The translations under genes and the position numbers were made by a program. The notes below the pieces were generated by a model. That model saw only the letters and a list, made by a program, of their open reading frames with translations, was not told where the DNA came from and searched no databases. From positions 19,757-83,756 of the IMG/VR virus record IMGVR_UViG_3300033144_003384: DNA of 64,000 nt, one strand, 5' to 3'. Source of the DNA: a virus. Of this stretch, positions 30,496 through 40,972 are shown in pieces; positions within the stretch are counted from its first letter, which is position 1; each line of letters begins with the position of its first letter.

Positions 30496-31659
30496 CTATA
30501 CGGTATCGTCGAGGAGGTCCATGTTGTTGGCATCCATGACCTCCTGGTGAGCGACACGCATTGTGTTCGCCCTTGTCTTGGGGCCGACCGGGGTAGGGGA
30601 TGACACGAAAAACTCATTCAGCAACAGTGTTCGAATCAAATGATCCAGTGGGTACGAATACGGGTCTGTGACGTGTTTCTTGCGGTACTTCGACACGAAT
30701 ACCTTCGCCCCTTTCTGTAGGCCAGGGGTCAACATATTCTCTTCAATGCACATCTTCACGCCATCCCATCCGAATGATCCGTACGTTTCGATGAGGGCCT
30801 GGACGTCAAACTCCCCCCACAGTCTGCGCTGTGCGTCGATCTGGGGGAACGCCGTAACGAGCCTGTCGTAGAACTCCGGTTCCGTAACAACAACGTCGTT
30901 GAGCCTGCGCGCAGCGATTGAGTGCAACGGAATTCCGACCCTTGGATTTGCTGTCGTCATATCGGCGTAGTCGTAGAAGGCACAGTAGTCGGCACCGTGT
31001 TCGTCAATGATGAATTTCATGACGTCATCCGACGTCCAGTCGTAGATGATTTTGGCAAACCTGAGCGGTACGGCTTTCGACATCCGATATGGGCGATTGA
31101 TGTAGTTCTCGTGGAGCTTCTGTGTCACGGACCTGTATCGGATCATCGACTCGTTGGCGCGTACCCCCGTGATGAAGGCGGTCATGCCCTCTTTGCCCTG
31201 CATCGTGTAGTAGTCCACGGATTTCGGAACAGGCTTGTTGCGATCAAGCCCAAAGTCGGATGCCATGATGGCCCCCTCTGGGATTGGCCGGACAAGGCGG
31301 CCTTCGGCTTCTCTCTGCGCTGACCACAGCAGAACGTACTCTCGCCTGCCAAGCACCCAAACTTCTTGCCCCATTGGGAGGCAATACCATTCGAGGTCGA
31401 TCCAGCTATAATCACGTACACGTTCAATGAAGTCGATTACGGAAGGCGAAACCATTTCTTCGTCTCGGAAGATGACCTTGACTGGCCCCAGCCCGCGTTC
31501 TTCGTGTATCTCTTTGGCAAGATAGATAACAGCAGTGGAGTCTTTGCCGCCAGAGAATTGGACAGCAACGGTGTCGAATGTGTCGTAGACGTGCCGGATG
31601 CGTTCCCGAGCAGCCTTTAGGACGTTTGTGTGGTCCAGGAATAGCCGTTTCCGAGCCAT
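30496..31659 (-). CDS. PAPS-reductase-like PP-loop protein (IbrA/DUF3440-like)
   Basis: FSGGKDS, FRDEE, GVRANES..R, IYDW. Confidence 0.85.
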   Translation of the reverse strand: MARKRLFLDHTNVLKAARERIRHVYDTFDTVAVQFSGGKDSTAVIYLAKEIHEERGLGPVKVIFRDEEMVSPSVIDFIERVRDYSWIDLEWYCLPMGQEVWVLGRREYVLLWSAQREAEGRLVRPIPEGAIMASDFGLDRNKPVPKSVDYYTMQGKEGMTAFITGVRANESMIRYRSVTQKLHENYINRPYRMSKAVPLRFAKIIYDWTSDDVMKFIIDEHGADYCAFYDYADMTTANPRVGIPLHSIAARRLNDVVVTEPEFYDRLVTAFPQIDAQRRLWGEFDVQALIETYGSFGWDGVKMCIEENMLTPGLQKGAKVFVSKYRKKHVTDPYSYPLDHLIRTLLLNEFFVSSPTPVGPKTRANTMRVAHQEVMDANNMDLLDDTV

Positions 31660-32171
31660 TCTTTACCGTCCTTGACATATACCACGGGTTGTTCGTGGTC
31701 CTTTAGGTCTATGGCAATATCCCTCAAGATGGTTTCCCAGAACTTTTCGTGATCCCCAAAGTCGGGGTCGTCGGGGATATAACTGATCCCGATGCTGCAC
31801 GGTTCTTTAGTCCAACCCAAAATCTTATCATCGTCGTCGACGTAGATTTCGTGAAGGTTGTCGTCGTGCCAGGTGCTGCTTTCGGTTTCCGTGATGTTGC
31901 GAACGATTCCGTAACGCCAACGCATCAGAGTCCTTCCGGTACGTGCATGATGGACGGGGTGCCCTCTCCTGCCCATAAGCATTCGATGTTATGTCCGTAA
32001 TAGTCCAAGGCTTCCTCGTAGGACTGGCCTTCGTTGATCAAGATAGTAATGATCTTCTCGTAAGAGTATACCACACGAGTTGGCTGCGTATGGGTGTGCG
32101 CAATTCCAAGAATAGCGTCGTCGAGCCCGTCGAAAACGATTAGCTCTTCTTCGGATATGTTTGCGTATTCG

Positions 32172-32924
32172 TCAATCTGTTCGCGAATTCCCACCGAATA
32201 TCTCCTTTTCCAGATACGCAACAAGTTGCGCTCCTGTTGTGTTGCCCGGATAGTCGTCGCTTCTTGCCTTTAGCCACCGAATAAAGTCGTACCAGCGTGC
32301 CTGGTGGTTTTGGGATTCAAAGACGAGCGTGTATTGTACGAGGTGTCTCTTCGATCCGGACAGTCCAGCGGCAGTAGAGCCAGACGTGACTAGGTCTTTC
32401 TCCATGTCTTTGTCTCCGGTAAAGTGGAGCTGTTCGTCATCTTCGCTGATGAGTTCGGGCGGTTGCCATCCGACGTTCGCTGGCGAAGGCTCCGGGTTGA
32501 GGACTGGCTCCATGGCCGCCATCTCATATTCGTCCCAAGCTAATGCCTCGAATACGTCTCCGTATTCTTCAAAATGCTGTTCTAGCATCTCGTACACAAT
32601 GTTGGTGTCGATGGTTCCGAGTTCTGATGTACGGTTGTCGGCTAAGGCATATGCGGCGGCTTTGCTGTCGTCGAAAGGAACCCTGGTGGCTGCTATGTGC
32701 GTCCAGCCTAGTTTGATTGCACCCTTCAAAGAGGTATTTCCGGCAATGACGGTGAGGCCCCCGTCGGTGTCCTCGACCACCACGACGGGTTTGGTCTGTC
32801 CGAATCTGTCATAGGATGCGGCAACCGCGTCAACGTCACCATGCCTGGGGTTGATCGGCAACAGCTTGATTGTGTTGATTGGCGTGATTAGCGATAGCAG
32901 GTCTTCGTGGATTTTGTGCTTCAT
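32172..32924 (-). CDS. ParB-like N-terminal domain protein
   Basis: NPRHGD, FGQTKPVVV, VIAGN, LADNRTSELG. Confidence 0.8.
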   Translation of the reverse strand: MKHKIHEDLLSLITPINTIKLLPINPRHGDVDAVAASYDRFGQTKPVVVVEDTDGGLTVIAGNTSLKGAIKLGWTHIAATRVPFDDSKAAAYALADNRTSELGTIDTNIVYEMLEQHFEEYGDVFEALAWDEYEMAAMEPVLNPEPSPANVGWQPPELISEDDEQLHFTGDKDMEKDLVTSGSTAAGLSGSKRHLVQYTLVFESQNHQARWYDFIRWLKARSDDYPGNTTGAQLVAYLEKEIFGGNSRTD

Positions 32925-33615
32925 AGCTTTTTCGTTATGCATGTGCAGCAGCGCCATTCGATAAGCTTTCTACCCGCTGGAGCGTAGTCAAAGACAACTT
33001 CAACCCATTCGCCACAGCTAAAGCACTGAAACTCGCCGTTCTCGTTCATACTGTGCTCGACCAGCCTTCGTCTTCGATGAGGCCCGGACACCAACTACCA
33101 ACATAGTCTTCCTGAAAGTGGCCCAAAGCTTCTGTGTCAGAATGTTCGCAAAGCCAGTACATTTTCTCTGGTTCGCCGAGTGCTATGAGGACAGCTTCTT
33201 TGAAGTCTTCGCCAGCAATTGTCTCACCGTTTTTCCACCGTTCGAAGTCTTTTCCAAACAGATGCCTAGCACCTCTGTTGTAATTGATCACGTTTGTGCC
33301 CTTACGTTTGCCGAAAGCGTCCGGAGGGCATCAATGGAAGTCCGGAGACCGTGCATCTTTTCGCGCTTTGCTCGCATAAGAGCATCGGCGACCTTCATGT
33401 CAAACATCTCGTCGGCGTTCTCATAATCGGCCCACGCCTCTTTCTCCTTGACTGACCCTTCCTTCTTTGCCAAAAACGTCATGGCCCACTGTTTCTTGAA
33501 GCGTGCCTGTTTCTTTGCTTCATCTTCTGCCGCAATAGCAAAGTCGTCGGTTTCTTGTTCAAGTAAGGCTACGAGCCTTACAAGTTCTTCTTCGATCTCA
33601 ATTTGGCTAATCGGC

Positions 33616-34167
33616 CTATGGTTGGTCGTCATCTTGTCCAGTATTGTCGATTTCGATGCCCCAGTCAACTGCCTCCAACGCAGAGAGGTTCACTTTCGGC
33701 CACGTTCTGTCTGATTGCCCATATGCAACCATTCCCATTTCTTGCAAAATCCATGCGTCACACTGATCGTCGGCACCCTTGCCGCTGAACGTCATGCCCG
33801 TACGTGCAGAGATGGCAGACACAACTTCGGACTTGTTGGCATTGCCCTTTCCGGTTGCGAATTTGGCGCGGTTCGTTGGCGGCACGATAATAACTTGCCA
33901 ATCGTTTTCGTACCAAGACAACTTCATCACCCCGCCAAGTTCTCCGATGGAATGTGCTTGGCTGTGCCTGGCTGCGAAAGAATATCCCTCGACAACGATG
34001 ACGGGGTTTTCATATCTTGCGATAAAGTCGTTCACCTCGCGTCGGATAGCGAATAGGCGGACAGCACCTTTCTGCTTGGGTTGTATGACTTCGAGCTTTC
34101 CGTCAGGTAACGCAAGGCCCGTAGAGGTAAGGGATAGGTCTACCCCGATGATTGTTGGGGGGGTCAT
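33616..34167 (-). CDS. RuvC-like Holliday junction resolvase
   Basis: IGVDLSLTSTG, VVEG, KFATGKGNANK, DQCDA. Confidence 0.85.
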   Translation of the reverse strand: MTPPTIIGVDLSLTSTGLALPDGKLEVIQPKQKGAVRLFAIRREVNDFIARYENPVIVVEGYSFAARHSQAHSIGELGGVMKLSWYENDWQVIIVPPTNRAKFATGKGNANKSEVVSAISARTGMTFSGKGADDQCDAWILQEMGMVAYGQSDRTWPKVNLSALEAVDWGIEIDNTGQDDDQP

Positions 34168-34553
34168 GTTTCGCCTTTCAGCCACTCGGGAGTAGCTGGC
34201 TCGCCGCTTGTCCATGACAGACGAACGTGGTATGCCTCATCATACATCCAGTCGTGTGCCCAACCGGGGAGGGCGAGCCCGAGGGATTCCGATAGTGCCG
34301 GGTTGTTGCCGATGTTCGTATGGCACTGTCGGCAGATTGACAAAAGGTTGCGCTCTTCGAGAATGGAGCCACCTTGCGACCGTCGCTTTAGTTCGTGGAT
34401 ATCGGATGATGGCCGCCGGTTGTACACCACGGCACCATCGTAGGCGGCAAACACGGGGCAGGCTTCACATGCCGGTCGCTCTCGTAGGAGTCGCTCAACG
34501 AGGGGTCGCCTTTGCCTGTAGATGGTTTCCTGCTTTTTGGATCGGTACCTCAT
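34164..34553 (-). CDS. HNH-like endonuclease
   Basis: CEAC...DIHE.KRRSQGG...NLLSICRQCH. Confidence 0.75.
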   Translation of the reverse strand: MRYRSKKQETIYRQRRPLVERLLRERPACEACPVFAAYDGAVVYNRRPSSDIHELKRRSQGGSILEERNLLSICRQCHTNIGNNPALSESLGLALPGWAHDWMYDEAYHVRLSWTSGEPATPEWLKGET

Positions 34554-35629
34554 GCGAGCGAAGCTATCAGTCCGTCCCATTTCGCTGCGCCCCATTTGGC
34601 GTCGAGCGGCTCTAGGGCGACACGTTGGCGGTCTGCCTCTTCTTGTCTGACTGCTGGATCACGAAGTTCTTTGAAGTGCTTAACCCACTGGGCGTTGTTT
34701 TTGGCTGTGCGGCCAATCTTGTATTCTTTCTTCAGTCGCTTGTATTCGCCAGAGTCGGAGGCTACGAACGGGATTCCTGCAGCTGCGTACTCGATACCTT
34801 TGATCCAGCTTTTCGATTCATTGAATGGTGATTTGCGAATCGGGACGACCCCGATGTCGAACCGCATGAGGTCGTCGAGTCGTTCGGGTGGTACGGGGAG
34901 GAGGATGGTGACGTCGTCTTTCCCGAGCCCGACGACGTCGTAAAAGTGTGGGTGATATCCGACGTGGCCTGAATGGTGGTATCTCCACCCTTCGGTGCCG
35001 ATCGTTCGGTATAGGCTTTTCAATATGTCGAGGTCTCCGGATGTGCGGTGTGCTGTTGATCCGATCCATCCGACAGTTGGCCGGTCTTCTTCTTCGTGTA
35101 CATGTGGCGTGAATTTGTCGAGTTCTACATGGTTCTCCATGATGTGAATTTTGTCGGATGCAACGAATTGACTTAGTCTTTTCGCTAAGTAGGGGGTGGA
35201 TGTGATGACGGCGTCCGACACGGCGAGCGTCTTGCGATAGTGGTCGGTGTTTTCGTTTGGGTGGGCTCTTGGGTGTGAGGCGTAGTAGGCGAGATTGCCC
35301 GGTCCGAGGCCCCAATACCAGTCGTCGATGTCGTTAACGATTACGACACCTTTCTTCCTAACTGTTTTGATCTGTTCGGGAATCGAGGCATGCATCCATC
35401 GCTGCATTACGATCATGTCAAGCCCGTAAGTGAGGTCTTCCGAATCGAATTTACGGATGGCGAATTCTTGAACAGCCGGGTCCCAGGCGAGTTCGCCGAG
35501 CACGTAGTTGTGGTTCGTGTATCGGAGGTACTGACCGAGACGGATATGTCCGGCTCCGCCAAGGATTTGCGATCCGTCTAGGCGAACTGCTTCTGTTACG
35601 AAGTCGCCGGTCGCAATCCCGACTTTCAT
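34550..35629 (-). CDS. GT-B glycosyltransferase
   Basis: DIDD, VGWIGS..H, DIGVVP...FNESKS.IK.IEYAAAGIP. Confidence 0.85.
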   Translation of the reverse strand: MKVGIATGDFVTEAVRLDGSQILGGAGHIRLGQYLRYTNHNYVLGELAWDPAVQEFAIRKFDSEDLTYGLDMIVMQRWMHASIPEQIKTVRKKGVVIVNDIDDWYWGLGPGNLAYYASHPRAHPNENTDHYRKTLAVSDAVITSTPYLAKRLSQFVASDKIHIMENHVELDKFTPHVHEEEDRPTVGWIGSTAHRTSGDLDILKSLYRTIGTEGWRYHHSGHVGYHPHFYDVVGLGKDDVTILLPVPPERLDDLMRFDIGVVPIRKSPFNESKSWIKGIEYAAAGIPFVASDSGEYKRLKKEYKIGRTAKNNAQWVKHFKELRDPAVRQEEADRQRVALEPLDAKWGAAKWDGLIASLA

Positions 35630-36129
35630 TCCAAGTCGGCTTCTGTGATTTCGTCGAACACCCACGTACCACCAAGTGATGCCCATAGCGCTTCATCTAT
35701 GACGTTGTAGTCAACGTCGTATTGCTCAATGAGTGCCTTGTGCTTTTCGATGGACTTTTGAAGGAACGCAGTCATGGACATGTCCTGTTCGGATGTTTCT
35801 CCGAGGGCAATGAGGCGGTCTGCTTCGGTGAGGCGTTGCTCTACGTAAAAGCGAAACCGTTCAATTTTCTTCTTGCGTTCACTGAAGTTGTGACGCGCTT
35901 CGAAGAGAAGAGTTTTCCCGGCTTCGCCCATAGCGTTGTATCGCTCTCCGGCGACTTTCTCTTCCTTCTCGATTTCATACACTTGCGAGTCGAGGCTGTT
36001 GAGAAGCCGCTTGGCTTCTTTCCTCCAGCGTCCTCGCACGTCGGGAGAACGGAGGTAATCTTTCTGTTCGTCAGTAGCTCTGTTCTTTACGTCTTCAGCT
36101 ACGAGACGAGCAAATGCGTCGTCGTTTAG
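35626..36129 (-). CDS. hypothetical coiled-coil protein
   Basis: ORF within the operon; start uncertain. Confidence 0.6.
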   Translation of the reverse strand, partial: LNDDAFARLVAEDVKNRATDEQKDYLRSPDVRGRWRKEAKRLLNSLDSQVYEIEKEEKVAGERYNAMGEAGKTLLFEARHNFSERKKKIERFRFYVEQRLTEADRLIALGETSEQDMSMTAFLQKSIEKHKALIEQYDVDYNVIDEALWASLGGTWVFDEITEADLE

Positions 36130-36145
36130 CACTGTTAGTTCCTTG

Positions 36146-36925
36146 TTAGTTCCAAGCTGGGCAACGGCTCTTGTAGGCGCACCAGTCACATAGCTTTGAT
36201 GTTATTGCTGGGAAGTCGCCAGTCTGGCATGACTCCGTCAGATTTGCTTGCGTGTCCCGCACGAGTCCGTACATGTATTCGCGCGCATCCTTGGTCGGTT
36301 CATATGTGACGATTTTCTCACCCGAAATGTACCACAGTTCCATCCGGTCCACTTCTTGTCCGGTGTCGGTTTCGGTGAGGTCGGCGTACACCATCAGCGG
36401 GAATTCTTTGTCCCGATCCCATGGTGACCCTCGGTCGTACGCCTTGCCAGTCTTGTAGTCCTGGATGACAAGCTTGCCGTCCTCTTCAACGATACGGTCG
36501 ATGATGCCACGGACTCGGATGCCGGAGATGACCGTTCCGTCTACCCACGTTTCCAGGGCAACTGGTTCGGTCTCGTTCGGGTCTTCCATTTTGAGGTAAC
36601 TCTCTATGAGCCACCATGCTTGCCATCGGAAGTCTCGCTGAGCGTTTTCTCCCTGTACGATGCCGGTGAGTCTGCCCTTCCATTTCTTTTCCCACAAGTC
36701 GCGTGAGATAGTTTTTAGGACGTCTTCGTTCCGGTCGCCTTTATCTATTGTCTTGAACAGAACTTCCAGGATTTCGTGGACGAAGGAGCCTTTCAGGGAT
36801 TCCTGCGTTCCGGGGTCTTTGATCTTGTCGATTTTTGCAAATTTCACTTTCAGCGGGCATTGGTTGTAGGACAAGATCGTGGATGGGGAAAGGATGGGTG
36901 TTGGTACGGGGGTCCAGTCAGTCAT
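36146..36925 (-). CDS. PD-(D/E)XK RecB-family exonuclease with Cys cluster
   Basis: LSPS....CP, GIIDRI, DYKTG, CDWCAYKSRCP. Confidence 0.9.
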   Translation of the reverse strand: MTDWTPVPTPILSPSTILSYNQCPLKVKFAKIDKIKDPGTQESLKGSFVHEILEVLFKTIDKGDRNEDVLKTISRDLWEKKWKGRLTGIVQGENAQRDFRWQAWWLIESYLKMEDPNETEPVALETWVDGTVISGIRVRGIIDRIVEEDGKLVIQDYKTGKAYDRGSPWDRDKEFPLMVYADLTETDTGQEVDRMELWYISGEKIVTYEPTKDAREYMYGLVRDTQANLTESCQTGDFPAITSKLCDWCAYKSRCPAWN

Positions 36926-37583
36926 CTGTTTCTCTTCTCGGTGCCGTAAACGCATCTACTTTGCCAGCAGCTTTCTTGCGATGCTCTTCGTTGTCGCAGT
37001 AGTAGCTGTATGTCGTCTTGTTTGTGGTCCGGTTGAACGGACATGTGCATTTAGGCAAGGTGGTCAATTGGGCAATCCCCTCCGTTGTAGCAAACGTGCC
37101 TGATCTTGTTTCCGTACCCGTCGCCCTCCGTCCATTCCACCGCTGCGCCCGGCTTGTGTTCGCGTGAGGTTCCGCACGACCCTGTATCTGTGGCGCACCA
37201 CGTGTTTCCGAGGTCCGGCATCGGGTCGCCCGTGTTGGGTTGCGCGTATGGCGTATATGGTGGTTGTGGAACTGACGGATAAGGATGAGGAGTCCACGGA
37301 TATGGATTCGGGTCAATAGGTGCGGGCGTGTACGGTGGCGTGTATGGACGCGGGAATGGGCCCGTCGCTTCCTCGACCTCAGCCTCATCTTCGTCACGGC
37401 CTACGGTTCGATTGTGGCCGACCTTGATGTCGAATATCCCCGACATGGTCAGTTCTGACCACGTATTGAAATCAACAGTAGCGAGGTGGTAGTAGACGCC
37501 GCACTCGTCATTCCAGTAGTCGATGTGGTATTCGTCCAGCTCTTCCCCGTTGTGGTCTTGCCTGGCAATTAGAATAGTCGGCA

Positions 37584-38258
37584 CTAGAACGGCTCCCCGT
37601 TGACAACCTCTGCCCCGAGAGCGGTGGCTACAGTCTCGGCGCTCGTGTCGAGTTTGGTTTGGTCACCGTTCTCCGTTAGCGACTTCACGTAAGTTCCGAA
37701 CGCTTTGAACAAATCCAACGTCATGGATGCGTACTCCGGCTTCGGGGCATTCCCGTTCTCAGCCCACCAATCCTGCGCAACCTGAACCTTCTCCGGAGGA
37801 AGTCCCTTCAACACGTCAAGCATCTTCTGCCAGCTATCCCCACCAATGGCCGGGTTCGGATCGACAGGCTCAACCTCTTCGTGAATAGCGAGATGAAGGC
37901 CGACACCAAGACGCTGACACGCTTTCTTCAACGCATCCGAATAGGCGGATTTGTAGTCCTTCCCCAAGTCAAGAATCTCGTTGGAATCTCTGCGAGTCGT
38001 GATTTGCGACCCGCCGACAGCTTCGGCAATGCACACATTTCCATCAATGTTTGCTGTGATCGAAATGTGGGCGACAACGTAACCATTCGATTCGAACACG
38101 TTCGAGATGCGTGACGACCAGTTCCCCGTGCCGAGCACAGAATTCATACGGTTCACGACCTCGCCGACAGGCACATAGTCCATGCCCTGAATTTGTCTGA
38201 TCAGGTCATCCGTATATGCCTCTTCAAGTTGCTGTTGTTGTTTTCTCTCGTCAGTCAT
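37584..38258 (-). CDS. Rad52/Rad22-like single-strand annealing protein
   Basis: DYV...VVNRMNSVLG..NW, K.A.SDALKKACQRLGVGLHL. Confidence 0.85.
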   Translation of the reverse strand: MTDERKQQQQLEEAYTDDLIRQIQGMDYVPVGEVVNRMNSVLGTGNWSSRISNVFESNGYVVAHISITANIDGNVCIAEAVGGSQITTRRDSNEILDLGKDYKSAYSDALKKACQRLGVGLHLAIHEEVEPVDPNPAIGGDSWQKMLDVLKGLPPEKVQVAQDWWAENGNAPKPEYASMTLDLFKAFGTYVKSLTENGDQTKLDTSAETVATALGAEVVNGEPF

Positions 38259-38268
38259 GGGTCCCCTT

Positions 38269-38787
38269 TCAGACCTTGGGTTTCCTGATTGAAACCGATA
38301 CGGTGCCTTCACCTAATTCGCAGTAGTTGTTTGCATCAACCCCAAGCTTTTTCAACTGTGTCACACGCCAATAAGACGGTGCAGCGTACTGAAGCATCGA
38401 AGTCATCATTTCCTCGGCAGACATCAAAATCTCGCCAGTGTCCATGTCTATGGACCTGTCGTGGATTCTGTGCGCCACCTCTCTACCCAATTTCTTGTGG
38501 TTCCACTTTTTCCTCGGCCTGCCCTCTTTGCGTTCCACGATGAAGCCGCCAGGCATCTCGACGAACGGTTTGCGTTCCATGTCGTGAGCGACCACTGTCT
38601 CGTACTGTTTGTAGGCGGTGGTGAAGGTTGCCTTTGCAAGATTGAGGTCGATTAGGCGATTGATAGATCGTTCCGGATCGGATTCGTCTTCGGCAGAAAG
38701 CAACGTCAGTCGCTCTAGGTGGTTGACTAGCCGACCTATTTCGGAAACGGTTTCGTCAAGAGTTAGGTTTAGTGGATCAGTAGGCAT
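38269..38787 (-). CDS. hypothetical protein heading the recombination operon
   Basis: leaderless start 7 nt after a PafBC-type promoter. Confidence 0.7.
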   Translation of the reverse strand: MPTDPLNLTLDETVSEIGRLVNHLERLTLLSAEDESDPERSINRLIDLNLAKATFTTAYKQYETVVAHDMERKPFVEMPGGFIVERKEGRPRKKWNHKKLGREVAHRIHDRSIDMDTGEILMSAEEMMTSMLQYAAPSYWRVTQLKKLGVDANNYCELGEGTVSVSIRKPKV

Positions 38788-38794
38788 AGCCTAC

Positions 38795-38816
38795 ATGATA
38801 GTCGAACCCTGTGACA
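38795..38816 (-). promoter_or_regulatory. PafBC/RecA-NDp-type promoter
   Basis: TGTCAC-N10-TATCAT. Confidence 0.6.
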
Positions 38817-38890
38817 GAATCAAGGGTTGTATCTCTTTCATCGAGTTGCCCGCTTCGTACATCTTGTCGACCATCTGAACTTCTTGCGTT

Positions 38891-39955
38891 CTATCCGTCC
38901 AGCCATTCTAAGTTGTTCATCGTCCACTCGACTATTTGTTTCAAAGATTCGTGGATGTCCATAGGCGGAGCCCAGCCTGCGTTCCTCAAACGAGAACCAT
39001 CGAGGCTATATCGAAGGTCATGTCCAGGACGCGACGAGTGGAAGTCAACCATCTCATACTTGAGAGGCTTCCCAATGTAGCCAGCGATTTCCTGAGCGAT
39101 TTCAAGATTGCTCAGCTCCTCGTCACCAGCGATGTTCCACCAGTTGGGATGGTCGGAGTAGTCGCCGTCCATATACATGGAAGGCTCATCGTTTTGGAGA
39201 ATCCACATCAGAGCATCAGCGTGATTCCGAGCATGTAGCCAAACCCGAGAGCCAATCTCCCAATGCGTGATGTCTGTGTACCCCTCATCTTCCAGGCTCT
39301 TCATCTCTGCTGGATGGGGCTTACCGTGAACCTCAACCGTTTCTCCGTTGAGGACCTTCTTCATGACCATGGGCACATATTTCTCCGTGTCCTGCCTCTC
39401 GCCCACGTTATTCATCGTCCGTGTCAAAATCACGGGAACATCGTAGGTTCTCCAGTATGCGAAGGCAATTTGTTCTTGCGCTGCCTTCGATGCGGAGTAT
39501 GGGTTAGAAGGACGAAGGGGGTCGTCTTCTTTGTGCGACACTCCGGCTGGTGCTGGTCCAAATATCTCATCGGTCCCGATCTGAATGAACTTTTCGGGTT
39601 CGGCGAACCTTGCGTAATCGAGCATGGTCGTCGCCAAGTTGACGTTGTTGCGGATGAATGGCCCAGGGTTCACGATTGACCTATCGACGTGAGAGTCTGC
39701 GGCCATGTTCACGATGTAGTCAAAGTCGCCCATGCGGCTTAAGGTCAGGGGAGTGAATTGCACGTTCAGGTCGTGCCAATGAACAGTCACCCTATCGGGG
39801 TCGTATTCTTCGATGTCTGTGAGGCGTTCGATTCTTCCGGCGTGCCGCAAGGAATCTATTACCACGATTTCCCAGTCAGTGTTTTTGAGCCAATGCTCAA
39901 CCGCGTGACTCGCTATGAACCCGAGCCCGCCCGTAAGCAGTACGCGTGTACTCAA
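38891..39955 (-). CDS. rmlB: dTDP-glucose 4,6-dehydratase-like enzyme
   Basis: TGGLGFIA, AADSHVDRSI, TDE, YSASK, RPGHDLRYS. Confidence 0.9.
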   Translation of the reverse strand: MSTRVLLTGGLGFIASHAVEHWLKNTDWEIVVIDSLRHAGRIERLTDIEEYDPDRVTVHWHDLNVQFTPLTLSRMGDFDYIVNMAADSHVDRSIVNPGPFIRNNVNLATTMLDYARFAEPEKFIQIGTDEIFGPAPAGVSHKEDDPLRPSNPYSASKAAQEQIAFAYWRTYDVPVILTRTMNNVGERQDTEKYVPMVMKKVLNGETVEVHGKPHPAEMKSLEDEGYTDITHWEIGSRVWLHARNHADALMWILQNDEPSMYMDGDYSDHPNWWNIAGDEELSNLEIAQEIAGYIGKPLKYEMVDFHSSRPGHDLRYSLDGSRLRNAGWAPPMDIHESLKQIVEWTMNNLEWLDG

Positions 39956-40325
39956 TCTGTAATCCTCTCAACGGTTGTTCCCTCAGGTGCATTGATAGCC
40001 AACATCGTGGAGTAGTCCTTGGAGTAGTGCGGGCGTTTAATTCTAATGTCCCACTCAGGGATAGGGAACCCGTCCTCCAGTGGCTCAACTCTTACTCCCC
40101 ACAGGCCATCCTTGCTGTACGCGACCTCGACACGCAAACCATCAACCGCCCCAGCAGGGTCTTGGTACTTGACGTCGAACAGTTCCGGCTCGTCGTAGTT
40201 GGTGTTGATCTCGTCCAAGTTGTCGACGCCACCGACTTCAACGAGGTCGTCACTGGTTCCATAGAATGTTATTTCAGTAGTCATGGCCACATTCTATGTG
40301 ATTTGCATTGTCTCGTCAAGTCGTG

Positions 40326-40582
40326 TATGGTCGCGCGATGTTTGCAAAGATTTCATAACGCTGACGAGCTTCAGTTAGATGTTGCGGCGGTGGGTTCACT
40401 CGCTAAATCTGGCAGTAGAAGAAGCTCCGGTACGGCTAGAAGGCAGTCTTAATGACCGACCTCCCGAGACCACATGGAGCGCCAGCGCAGTTCCCAGCGA
40501 TATGGGGGAGAGTGACAGGACCGAACTCATACAGTCCTGTTGGGCCAAGATACATTTAACATCCGGATCAACCACATAGCTA
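40326..40582 (-). ncRNA. candidate ~255-nt structured RNA
   Basis: gap without a convincing ORF; several nested stems with G.U pairs on the minus strand; upstream TAAAAT. Confidence 0.5.
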
Positions 40583-40972
40583 CCGGAAGCATTTTACCCC
40601 ATTGCCAGCAAATGGGTGGGTAGTGTATGGCTTACGCTACGAAGTGGAAGGTTCCTTGGAGTAGGTATGGCGACAGAAGAAATCCTTGAAGAAGTTCCCT
40701 GCGACGAGTGCGGCAAGAGCCTCCGCATCATGTTCGCTGGAAATGGGCTCGGCCCGCCAGATACGGCCTACAAGCAAGTCGACGGCGGCCTGTGCCTTAA
40801 CATGGTCGGGCATTACGGCGGCTACACAGACGCACGGTTTTATGTAGACGATCCGTGGATGGTTCTATGTGACGACTGCTGTGACTGTCTGGTTGAGATG
40901 TTCCCGAAGGCGATGGGGCCGTTTGTGTGTTTCACCCGGTTCGGTGTTGACATCGTTTGACTTTTGGGGTAC

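Noticed and set aside
36146-36925. Cas4 / CRISPR system
   Set aside because: RecB-family nuclease in a recombination operon; no repeat-spacer array or other cas genes seen
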